From positions 207 through 64,206 of IMG/VR virus record IMGVR_UViG_3300032220_000132: a stretch of 64,000 nt of DNA. One strand, written 5' to 3'. The notes beneath the pieces were generated by a model. The model saw nothing but the letters and a program-made list of their open reading frames with translations. It had not been told where the DNA came from and made no database searches. Position 1 is the stretch's first letter; each line of letters begins with the position of its first letter. The position numbers and the translations under genes are program-made. Shown piece after piece: positions 39,264 through 46,697 of the stretch. Origin of the DNA: a virus (lineage: Duplodnaviria > Caudoviricetes).

Positions 39264-40128
39264 CGAATACGGCATCCCACAGACCTTTATCAATGTCTTG
39301 GAACGCCCTACCTATAACAAGGGCAAGGCTCACCTGTCTGCTACCCAGTTGCTCAATAGCCCAAAGATCGTGGCTTTGACCCGTAAGTTTGAGGAAGAGA
39401 TCGAGCAAGATGCCTCGGAGATGGTATGGTCAATAGTCGGATCAGCCATCCATAACTTCTTGGAACAGGGCAAGGATGAGAACCACATTGTCGAGCAACG
39501 CATCCATGTCGAGCATGATGGCTGGCATATCACTGGGGCGATTGACCTACAGGAAGTAGCCACCGATGGAATCCATGTAAAGGACTATAAGTTCACATCC
39601 GTATGGGCTGCTATGAACGAGAAGCCTGAATGGGAGAACCAGTTAAATATCTACGCATGGCTAGTCGAGAAGGTTAAGAAAGTGCCTGTCCAGTCAGTCA
39701 CCATTGTTGCTATGTTGCGTGACTGGAGTAGGCGGGATCGAGAGAAAGAGGGCTACCCTAAAGCCCCTATCCTAGAGATACCCATGAAGTTGTGGACGAT
39801 GCAGGAGCGTGAAGCCTATGTTGCCAAACGAATCTCTTTACACAGTGCCTGCGAGTTCTCGATTGAGACCGATGGCGATCTACCAGACTGTACCCCAGAA
39901 GAGATGTGGGAGAAGCCCACTGTATGGGCGGTGCGTAAGAAAGGAAATGTTAGGGCGAAAGCCTTATATGAATCAGAAGCCCTTGCTACAGTTGCCTTAG
40001 AGCAATACGGCAAGGACTATGAGATCGAAGTGCGTCAGGGCGAGCGTACTCGGTGTGCAAACTTTTGCCCAGTCTCCCAGTACTGCCAACAGTATCGGGA
40101 TTATTTATCAACTAAGGAGAATGTATGA
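39250..40128 (+). CDS. PD-(D/E)xK exonuclease (RecB/Cas4-like)
   Basis: LSATQL, GSAIH, GAID...DYK, QLNIY, C-terminal Cys cluster. Confidence 0.8.
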   Translation: MKLTNEYGIPQTFINVLERPTYNKGKAHLSATQLLNSPKIVALTRKFEEEIEQDASEMVWSIVGSAIHNFLEQGKDENHIVEQRIHVEHDGWHITGAIDLQEVATDGIHVKDYKFTSVWAAMNEKPEWENQLNIYAWLVEKVKKVPVQSVTIVAMLRDWSRRDREKEGYPKAPILEIPMKLWTMQEREAYVAKRISLHSACEFSIETDGDLPDCTPEEMWEKPTVWAVRKKGNVRAKALYESEALATVALEQYGKDYEIEVRQGERTRCANFCPVSQYCQQYRDYLSTKENV

Positions 40129-40268
40129 AGAAGCTAATTGCTGTGGCGTTTATCGCCATGATGTCCACTGGTGTTATGGCTCAAGTTAAGTGCGAGTCTG
40201 ATGGTCGTGGCGGTATGTGCTGTTGGGATACCAAAGTCAATGGTCCATGGAAACCAATCGGCTGTTGA
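40125..40268 (+). CDS. Small secreted Cys-rich peptide (47 aa; not in ORF track)
   Basis: SD aaggag 40114-40119; MKKLIAVAFIAMMSTGVMA signal peptide + QVKCESDGRGGMCCWDTKVNGPWKPIGC. Confidence 0.7.
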   Translation: MKKLIAVAFIAMMSTGVMAQVKCESDGRGGMCCWDTKVNGPWKPIGC

Positions 40269-40269
40269 T

Positions 40270-40476
40270 ATGGGCTACGGCTATGTAATTTGGGATACTG
40301 CCACGGGCATTTATGACGGGGCATATGCCCAAAAAGAAATGGCGATGGAAAGATACTTTTCCATGTTGGAAGAGGATCCAAAAAGAGGCTGGGTGTTGGT
40401 TGAAATAATCTACCCTGAGCATTACAAACTAAGAGACGAAAGGTTTCACGCAATAGTGAAAAAGGACCAATTATGA
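40270..40476 (+). CDS. Hypothetical protein
   Basis: ATG 1 nt after peptide stop (MGYGYVIWDTATG...). Confidence 0.6.
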   Translation: MGYGYVIWDTATGIYDGAYAQKEMAMERYFSMLEEDPKRGWVLVEIIYPEHYKLRDERFHAIVKKDQL

Positions 40477-41177
40477 GTGTGTATAAAAAACTGCAACAGG
40501 CTAGGATGTTGCTACAAGGTACAAAGTTATCCAAATCAGGTAAGAATAAGTTTGCTGGCTATGAGTACTTTGAGTTGGGCGATTTTCTTCCAGCAATTCA
40601 GAAGATATGCCATGACGTAGGGCTGTGTGGTGCTGTATCGTTTACTGAGCATATGGCATACCTTCAGATTAACGATGTAGAGGATGGCACATCCATTATG
40701 TTTACATCGCCCATGAGTTCAGCAGCCCTCAAAGGTTGCCATGATGTACAGAACCTTGGTGCGGTGCAGACATATCTGCGTAGGTATCTGTGGACTAATG
40801 CCTTTGAGATCGTGGAGCATGATGCCTTGGATGCCACCATGGGAGCATCTGAGCCAGTGGCTAAGACTGCTCCAAAGGCAGAACCAAAGCCTGAACCTAA
40901 GAAGCCTGACCCCAAGCCAATCACTGGTGAGAAGGGTGAGTGGCAGATCGTAGCACCAGGAAAACCAGGCGATAACGCAGAGGACTGGCTTGAGTTAATC
41001 AAGACTACCTCGCACCAGTTGCTCGATCTTACTGAGAACGAGGAAGATGTCATGTTGATTTTCAAGAAGAACAAGGTGTTGTTTGACACTGTCAAAGCTA
41101 CCGATGCCACATTCTTCAAGGAAATGATGGGCAAGTTTACTGCCAAGAAAAACGAATTTACTAAGGAGGAAGCGTAA
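40473..41177 (+). CDS. erf: ERF-family ssDNA annealing recombinase
   Basis: VYKKLQQAR...GKNKFAGYEYFELGDF...GAVQTYLRRY. Confidence 0.8.
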   Translation: MSVYKKLQQARMLLQGTKLSKSGKNKFAGYEYFELGDFLPAIQKICHDVGLCGAVSFTEHMAYLQINDVEDGTSIMFTSPMSSAALKGCHDVQNLGAVQTYLRRYLWTNAFEIVEHDALDATMGASEPVAKTAPKAEPKPEPKKPDPKPITGEKGEWQIVAPGKPGDNAEDWLELIKTTSHQLLDLTENEEDVMLIFKKNKVLFDTVKATDATFFKEMMGKFTAKKNEFTKEEA

Positions 41178-41431
41178 TGGCATTTGTACCAAAACCCAAT
41201 ACAGGCACACTGTGGCCTAACGATAAGAAGAAGACCGATAGCCACCCTGATGTACGGGGTGACTTAAATCTTGATCGGTCTTTCCTAAAAGATATGCTTG
41301 CCAAAACGGATGATGACCTTATCAAGGTCTCAATAGCGGGATGGAAGAAAGAGATCAATGGCAAGAAGACTTTGTCAATCTCTGCTTCTGAGCCATATGT
41401 CAAGCCTGTTGATAACGACTTACCTTACTAG
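41177..41431 (+). CDS. Putative ssDNA-binding protein
   Basis: GTLWPNDKK...HPDVRG...IAGWKK, acidic DLPY tail. Confidence 0.65.
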   Translation: MAFVPKPNTGTLWPNDKKKTDSHPDVRGDLNLDRSFLKDMLAKTDDDLIKVSIAGWKKEINGKKTLSISASEPYVKPVDNDLPY

Positions 41432-41439
41432 GAGCAGTC

Positions 41440-41673
41440 ATGGGACGAACTAAAAAGATATACACCTTTGATGATATCAACGCTGAATCTGAGCGATTTG
41501 CAAACTCTGCCAAACAGAAAATTAGTCTGTACAAAGAGTCTCAGCTTCAATCTTTACATGACACCATTGATGTTAAAGATGTTCAGATTGCGGAGTTAAA
41601 CCACCAAATCGTTGGTTACAAGGCGGTGATTTCTTATCTTGAACACCAGTTAGGACTTGGAAAGAGTCAATGA
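41440..41673 (+). CDS. Hypothetical protein
   Basis: SD ctaggag. Confidence 0.6.
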   Translation: MGRTKKIYTFDDINAESERFANSAKQKISLYKESQLQSLHDTIDVKDVQIAELNHQIVGYKAVISYLEHQLGLGKSQ

Positions 41674-42092
41674 AAACGCTTAACTTTGAGGGGGTAAAAG
41701 TTGCCCTCAAACAAGATAAGACGGGTTATGTTCTAACCCTATCCATGCACCCAGACGACATCCCAGAAGACCTTCTTCGGGATTTTGTCGGGGCTAGGTA
41801 TCAGGTAGTTATGGTTAGGATAGGCGGGGATGAAAGCCCGATGGATCGACAGGCTGAGTTTGAAGGCGATAAGTCTATCCGTATGGCTGGCTTACTCTGC
41901 CGAGACCCTAAGTTCTGGAAGTTCTTGTTTGATGATTCTCAGATCTTTGAAGAGGATGAGGAGTCATGCACCGAGTGGTTGCGTGATTACCTAGCCGTTC
42001 AGTCTAGGTCTGAGCTAAAAACCAATGAAGAAGCACGTAAACGATTAGACAAAATATATAGGGAATATAAAGAATGGGCGCAAAAAACTTAG
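41670..42092 (+). CDS. Hypothetical protein
   Basis: ATGA overlap; AGLLCRDPKF...SRSEL motif. Confidence 0.65.
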   Translation: MKTLNFEGVKVALKQDKTGYVLTLSMHPDDIPEDLLRDFVGARYQVVMVRIGGDESPMDRQAEFEGDKSIRMAGLLCRDPKFWKFLFDDSQIFEEDEESCTEWLRDYLAVQSRSELKTNEEARKRLDKIYREYKEWAQKT

Positions 42093-42358
42093 TGCCATAC
42101 TCGGTATACATTCCAGTAGAGATGCATGCAAAGCTGAAAGAGGCAGCCAGAACCCGCAAGGCTTCTGTGCTAATTCGGGATGCCATAACCATGATTATTG
42201 AAGGCAATGAAGCGTACACCAGTGGGTATAACAAAGCCCTTAAGGATGCATCGCAATTAGTCTACGACTGTGAAGAAGCCCAGATGGTAGCCATAAAAGG
42301 GAAAGACCTTGGCTCGATCTTGACTGACAGGATTGAATCGCTGGAGATTAAGAAATGA
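42074..42358 (+). CDS. Ribbon-helix-helix-like DNA-binding protein
   Basis: YSVYIPVEMHAKLK...ASVLIRDAI. Confidence 0.55.
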   Translation: MGAKNLVPYSVYIPVEMHAKLKEAARTRKASVLIRDAITMIIEGNEAYTSGYNKALKDASQLVYDCEEAQMVAIKGKDLGSILTDRIESLEIKK

Positions 42359-42540
42359 CCGATCAAGATAAAGAATACCTAGAGTCTCTCTATGCAGGAT
42401 TTGCCATGATTGGCTTTTTAATGAATGGGAATTATTCTGTAGAGGAAATACCCAGCAGATCTAAATCTCTGGCAAAAGCTATGATTGAACCAGAGGTTAC
42501 TGTTGGGTTGCCAGCCATTAAAAGGAAGCGTACAAAATGA
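42355..42540 (+). CDS. Hypothetical protein
   Basis: ATGA overlap. Confidence 0.6.
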   Translation: MTDQDKEYLESLYAGFAMIGFLMNGNYSVEEIPSRSKSLAKAMIEPEVTVGLPAIKRKRTK

Positions 42541-42710
42541 TAGTCACTGTTCTTAATATGTTTGCCCTGTTTGTGGCTACCTGTGCGGTGCTGATCTTTG
42601 CCGTAGTCTTTGCGTTTTTCCTGTTCATTATGTATGCCTGTATACACATTGGCTGGAGAGAGATCAAAGGGATGCCGTTGTCTGAGTTGTGGGAGAGGAT
42701 TCAAAAATGA
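42537..42710 (+). CDS. Small membrane protein (57 aa; not in ORF track)
   Basis: MIVTVLNMFALFVATCAVLIFAVVFAFFLFIMYAC...; ATGA overlaps at both ends. Confidence 0.65.
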   Translation: MIVTVLNMFALFVATCAVLIFAVVFAFFLFIMYACIHIGWREIKGMPLSELWERIQK

Positions 42711-42997
42711 ACAATGAACCAGTAGCGTGGATGTCAAACGGAAAAGAGTTTTATGTTCAGAAGAATTACTGCCCTGACTTTATTCCACTCTATAACCATC
42801 CAGTATCCAAAGCAAAAGATAGATTTCCTAACTATGAATCAATCTGCCTTCAATGTGGCACAACAATTTATAAGCCAGCGTTTAAGACACTAACAGATGA
42901 GGAAATAGAAGAAATTTATTACAAAGACTTTAACCATGATGGTGAAGATATGCTTGAGTTTGCTAGAGCAATACTAAGAAAGGCACAAGAGAAATGA
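42707..42997 (+). CDS. Hypothetical protein ending ILRKAQEK
   Basis: MNNEPVAW...LTDEEI...FARAILRKAQEK. Confidence 0.65.
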   Translation: MNNEPVAWMSNGKEFYVQKNYCPDFIPLYNHPVSKAKDRFPNYESICLQCGTTIYKPAFKTLTDEEIEEIYYKDFNHDGEDMLEFARAILRKAQEK

Positions 42998-43191
42998 ACG
43001 CATACGAATTAGCAGACCAAGTTGAAATGTGGGGAGAGGACTTGCTTGCCTTGAACATGAAAGGGGGCATTCCTGTTATAGAAGGTGCAAAGATGCTCCG
43101 CCACCAAGCAGACTACATTGCCCAGCTAGAAAAGGGGCTGGAGTCGAGCATAGCGATGAATAAGGCACAGGCAGAACGGCAAGAAAAATGA
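42994..43191 (+). CDS. Hypothetical protein
   Basis: MNAYELAD...MLRHQAD; ends RQEK. Confidence 0.65.
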   Translation: MNAYELADQVEMWGEDLLALNMKGGIPVIEGAKMLRHQADYIAQLEKGLESSIAMNKAQAERQEK

Positions 43192-43346
43192 GAAAGGTGA
43201 GCATACGAACAGTTGAAAATACTATTGGGCTGGCACGTAGTGTTGCTAATGGAACAACCAAGTTCCCGTTTATGGGCTATTGCGCAGACCTGATGGAAAA
43301 GATGTTAGAAGAGATTAAACAAGCAAGAAAGGCACAAGAGAAATGA
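43188..43346 (+). CDS. Hypothetical protein (52 aa; not in ORF track)
   Basis: MRKVSIRTVE...QARKAQEK; ATGA overlaps. Confidence 0.6.
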   Translation: MRKVSIRTVENTIGLARSVANGTTKFPFMGYCADLMEKMLEEIKQARKAQEK

Positions 43347-43579
43347 AAACTATAATTCATGTAAATCAACATGAAGTTAAGGCTAATTCTAAAAACGGGA
43401 CTGACAACCCTGTGCTTACTATAAAAACGTACAAGAGTAATACTTATGCCCACGAGGTAGCAATTAAAGGTGAAAGCAAGGTAGTGTATTCGCCTGATAA
43501 ACCATTACCTTGTGGTGCTAAAGTATGGATAGAAACTAACTCACCAGTGGAGATACTAAGAAAGGCACAAGAGAAATGA
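43343..43579 (+). CDS. Conserved phage hypothetical protein
   Basis: IIHVNQH...PVLTIK...YSPDKPLPCGAKVWIET. Confidence 0.7.
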   Translation: MKTIIHVNQHEVKANSKNGTDNPVLTIKTYKSNTYAHEVAIKGESKVVYSPDKPLPCGAKVWIETNSPVEILRKAQEK

Positions 43580-43788
43580 CCACTTTTACCACTGAAGATC
43601 GTGAAAATGCCTCACCCCCACATATTGTGGACACAGGCGCTAGTTATGAACCTATCCCATTTGCTGGTCTGGTAGCCTTACAGGACAAAGAAGATACCGA
43701 ACAGATGCTCCGAGAGCAACTGCATGTTGTTCAGGCTGAGTGCCAAAGACTCCAAGCCATATTAAGACAAGCTGGGATCCCGTATTAA
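43576..43788 (+). CDS. Hypothetical protein
   Basis: MTTFTTEDR; ATGA overlap. Confidence 0.6.
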   Translation: MTTFTTEDRENASPPHIVDTGASYEPIPFAGLVALQDKEDTEQMLREQLHVVQAECQRLQAILRQAGIPY

Positions 43789-43940
43789 TATGAACAGAAT
43801 GGAAGAAGAGTTTAACCAATGGGCTATAAATAATATAGAGCCATGGCCTCATCCCCAAAAGATCCTGCAAAATTATTGGATCGTCTGGCAAGCAGGGTGG
43901 AATCGGGCATACAATGTATCCTCTAGTGTGAGGGTCAGCG

Positions 43941-44126
43941 ATGAAGACGATGGTAGATGTTAATAAAACAACTGGGTTTGAAGCAGAATTAACCCATGAA
44001 GAGATAGCCAAGGAGATGGGCATATCTCGTGCTTATGTATCCCATTTGGAGAAGATTGCCTTAGATAAGATTAGACGAGCTTTAAGAGCTCGCTATGACG
44101 TTTATGCCCCAGATGATCTTATATGA
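43941..44126 (+). CDS. Sigma70 region-4-like HTH protein
   Basis: LTHEEIAKEMGISRAYVSHLEKIALDKIR. Confidence 0.7.
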   Translation: MKTMVDVNKTTGFEAELTHEEIAKEMGISRAYVSHLEKIALDKIRRALRARYDVYAPDDLI

Positions 44127-44416
44127 CCATCTACCGCAATAAGAAGCTCCTAGAGTCCGTTAGAACCAGCCCATGCCAGAACTGTGGCAAACAAGACGGG
44201 ACAGTCTGCGCTGCACATTCAAACCAGCTCCGTGACGGAAAAGGGAGATCCCTCAAGTCCCACGATTACCGCATCGCAGCATTATGTTTTCGGTGTCATT
44301 CCAATCTGGATCAGGGCTACCAGATGAGCAAAGAAGAACGTACCGAGCTTTGGGAAGAGGCGCACCGCAAGACGATTGGCTGGCTCTTTGAGAACGGAAT
44401 AATTGATATAAAATAA
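44123..44416 (+). CDS. HNH-like Zn-binding nuclease (DUF968/DUF1364-like)
   Basis: PCQNCG...AAHSN...ALCFRCH. Confidence 0.65.
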   Translation: MTIYRNKKLLESVRTSPCQNCGKQDGTVCAAHSNQLRDGKGRSLKSHDYRIAALCFRCHSNLDQGYQMSKEERTELWEEAHRKTIGWLFENGIIDIK

Positions 44417-44420
44417 AATC

Positions 44421-44541
44421 GTATGCTTGGTGTCTTTCAATAAGGCTGACCCCTAACCCCATGTTAGGGGGGTTTGAATACCAAGTAGTTGGTGTTGAGC
44501 CCCAATAGACTACACGAAAAGCTCCTTAGACCCAAGCATAC
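44421..44541 (+). ncRNA. Putative structured ncRNA 1
   Basis: Closing stem gtatgcttgg(t)gtct/agacccaagcatac; inner cccctaac/gttagggg and gtagt/actac stems; strand uncertain. Confidence 0.45.
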
Positions 44542-44553
44542 AACTACTAAATA

Positions 44554-44583
44554 TTGACACTTTTTTTTGATTTGTGCTATATT
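44554..44583 (+). promoter_or_regulatory. Sigma70 promoter of small RNA
   Basis: TTGACA-18-TATATT with extended -10 TG. Confidence 0.75.
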
Positions 44584-44588
44584 TAGTG

Positions 44589-44712
44589 CACCAGCCCACA
44601 CTGGTATCGCACGTTCTCCACTCCTAGCAGATTGGTTTTGTGCAAAGCAAGCCCTCGGTGAACACACTCACCTCAAAACCCCCAGGCTCACACTCCTGGG
44701 GGTTTTTCTTTT
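44589..44712 (+). ncRNA. Putative antisense small RNA (seed CUCCUAGCAG)
   Basis: Promoter upstream, four hairpins, intrinsic terminator aaaacccccagg/cctgggggtttt 44675-44706, no credible ORF. Confidence 0.65.
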
Positions 44713-44726
44713 GTGAAAAAAAATTG

Positions 44727-44755
44727 TTGCAAATTTATTTCTGTTGGTTTAATCT
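44727..44755 (+). promoter_or_regulatory. Putative sigma70 promoter of replication operon
   Basis: TTGCAA-17-TAATCT, A-tract upstream. Confidence 0.5.
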
Positions 44756-44760
44756 AGTCG

Positions 44761-45005
44761 TGCTAGGAGAATTACGAGAACGTGTGAAAGGCATAACTGC
44801 CTCTTCACTCTTCGTAACTCTCCACAGCTACACCATATAGGTCGGACATAACAACAGCTATATGGGAAGACCCCCTACTGTGGGATTAGATCTGAAACAG
44901 GGGAAAGGATGGCGAAGCCAGAGTCCTAGATCGAACGTCTGGCGGGTGCAGTGGCTCCGAAAAGCAACTGTTGAAGGCACACCTAGGAGAGGCTAGGTGC
45001 GTCCA
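44761..45005 (+). ncRNA. Long structured 5' leader of replication operon
   Basis: Long hairpin 44766-44823; ccatatag/ctatatgg; tggc-gaa-gcca; cacctag/ctaggtg. Confidence 0.5.
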
Positions 45006-45049
45006 CCAAAAAGCAACTCTTCTTACTTGACTGTATTACTTACTTAACT

Positions 45050-45208
45050 ATGACCAAATATGAGATAAGAGATGAGACAGGCGACCTGATGCGAATAGTC
45101 GGGCGCTTAGAAGAAGCCAAGAGTTTAATCGCTGTGCGTAAGGGCTGGTCGTACAAGCGAGTGAAGGACCATAAACCAGCCTTTGTGTTTGAAGAAGCCC
45201 CATTTTAA
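45050..45208 (+). CDS. Hypothetical protein (52 aa; not in ORF track)
   Basis: MTKYEIRDETGDLMRIV...FEEAPF. Confidence 0.55.
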   Translation: MTKYEIRDETGDLMRIVGRLEEAKSLIAVRKGWSYKRVKDHKPAFVFEEAPF

Positions 45209-45218
45209 GGAGAGTGTT

Positions 45219-45623
45219 ATGAAAATGACTGTAGAGTTCAATAGTATTGCGGACATGGCAAACTTTTCTGCCTTTGTCAATCAGCGTTTAGAAGAAGATG
45301 CAAAAGTCAGAGAGTTAAATCAATTGCGAGGACAACTGGATTTAGCCAAGCAACAACTGGAACGTGCCTATGCCCGCTTGCGTTTTAAGGATGACAAGGA
45401 CAACGAGAAGACTTATGCGATCTCGCTTGATGATCTGCCACTAAAAGTCCGAACCTACAACTGTTTGATAGCAGAAGGATGCCAAAATGTTGGTGATGTT
45501 GTGGCATTGTTCCAAAAAAACCAATTGCGTAAAATCCCAAACTTTGGCAACGGCAGTTTCAGTAATCTCAAAAGAGTCTTTGCCGAACAATTAAAAATAA
45601 CCCTTGATCGGAAACAAGCATGA
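45219..45623 (+). CDS. Protein with RNA polymerase alpha-CTD-like domain
   Basis: SD aaggag; LDDLPLKVRTYNCL...GDV...LRKIPNFGNGS. Confidence 0.75.
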   Translation: MKMTVEFNSIADMANFSAFVNQRLEEDAKVRELNQLRGQLDLAKQQLERAYARLRFKDDKDNEKTYAISLDDLPLKVRTYNCLIAEGCQNVGDVVALFQKNQLRKIPNFGNGSFSNLKRVFAEQLKITLDRKQA

Positions 45624-46489
45624 AGAAACTAAATATACTCAACATCCGCACTGATGGGGGCACTCAGCCCCGTGTCCAACTGGATCAAGACCTAGTCAAA
45701 GAATATGCCGAGGTCATGCGTGAGGGAGTCGTTTTCCCACCAGTAGAAGTATTCCATGATGGCTCAGAATACTGGCTAGTCGATGGATTCCATCGCTACT
45801 TTGGTTATAAAGCTAATGGTTTAACCAGTATCGAAGCGATTGTCCATACTGGCACACTGCGTGAAGCCCAGTTTTACGCATGGAAAGCCAACAACAAGCA
45901 TGGCAACCGCCTTAAAGCCGAAGATATCCGTGCCATTCTCCGCATCATGCTTGTCGATGAGGTATATAGCAAATGGTCAAACAACCATATTGCTAAGGAA
46001 CTAGGTATTTCCAGCATGACTGTTGGGCGTGTGCGGGTAGCAATGCAAGAAGAAGCTAAAACCCCAGCCCAAACTTCTGTTACTTATGTCGATAAGCATG
46101 GCAACACAACCACCATGAAGACCGATAAAAAGAAGAAAAAGGCTACAACCAAAGCTCCAACTACTAAACCTGATGTCACCACCGAAAGCCCAACCGCAGA
46201 ACTAGAGCAAAAGGTAAACGAATTAACCGATACAGTGAACTCACTGGCAGACGAAAACACCCTACTGCGGGATAAGATTGCCATCGGACAGTGGGATGCC
46301 TCAGAAATTGAGAAGATCGATGCTGAGCAGACCATCAAAGACTTGCGTGAGCAGATCCGAGTATTGGAAATTGAGAACAAATCATTGCGTGAAGGCAGAG
46401 ATATGTATCAGAACCGCAACTCCGAGTTAATGAAGACTGTTAAATCATTAACCAGCAGGCTAAAGAAATTTGAAAAGGAGACTGCATGA
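45620..46489 (+). CDS. ParB N-terminal-domain protein with HTH and coiled coil
   Basis: GTQPR...FPPVEVF...LVDGFHRY; WSNNHIAKELGISSMTVGRVR. Confidence 0.75.
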   Translation: MKKLNILNIRTDGGTQPRVQLDQDLVKEYAEVMREGVVFPPVEVFHDGSEYWLVDGFHRYFGYKANGLTSIEAIVHTGTLREAQFYAWKANNKHGNRLKAEDIRAILRIMLVDEVYSKWSNNHIAKELGISSMTVGRVRVAMQEEAKTPAQTSVTYVDKHGNTTTMKTDKKKKKATTKAPTTKPDVTTESPTAELEQKVNELTDTVNSLADENTLLRDKIAIGQWDASEIEKIDAEQTIKDLREQIRVLEIENKSLREGRDMYQNRNSELMKTVKSLTSRLKKFEKETA

Positions 46490-46650
46490 CCGACTACTCC
46501 GATGTATGCACAGCGATCAAGCATACGATCCGCACCGCATACGAACTAGCCAATGAAAGGAAGATAAAAGAGGCTTTGGAAGAAGCCCGATTCCTTTCTG
46601 CGTTGGCAACACAGTTAGAAGAAGCACTTAAAAAAGAACTGGGCAAATAA
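46486..46650 (+). CDS. Hypothetical protein (54 aa; not in ORF track)
   Basis: SD aaggag, ATGA overlap; MTDYSDVCTAIK... Confidence 0.6.
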   Translation: MTDYSDVCTAIKHTIRTAYELANERKIKEALEEARFLSALATQLEEALKKELGK

Positions 46651-46697
46651 CTGCCCAAGCCCAAGTTAGGGGGGAATCCTAACAGTTAGGAGTATTT

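Larger units (their letters stand above)
42971..43579 (+). repeat. Repeated gene-junction sequence (atact)aagaaaggcacaagagaaatga
   Basis: 27-nt identical copies at 42971-42997 and 43553-43579; 22-nt copy at 43325-43346; degenerate copy ending 43191. Confidence 0.85.

Noticed and set aside
40171-40269. N-terminal extension of ORF 40171..40476
   Set aside because: Overlaps the better-supported secreted peptide gene; ATG 40270 is the likelier start.
42971-43579. Possible CRISPR array
   Set aside because: Spacing of hundreds of nt, repeats are coding junctions, and there is no cas operon; the Cas4-like nuclease is a recombination exonuclease next to ERF.
44421-45005. tRNA or tmRNA genes
   Set aside because: No cloverleaf with a T-loop consensus and acceptor stem could be folded.
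46665-46692. RBS-sequestering switch before helicase (gttagg/cctaac/gttagg)
   Set aside because: The alternative pairing would need a 1-nt loop; only a simple hairpin is supportable.
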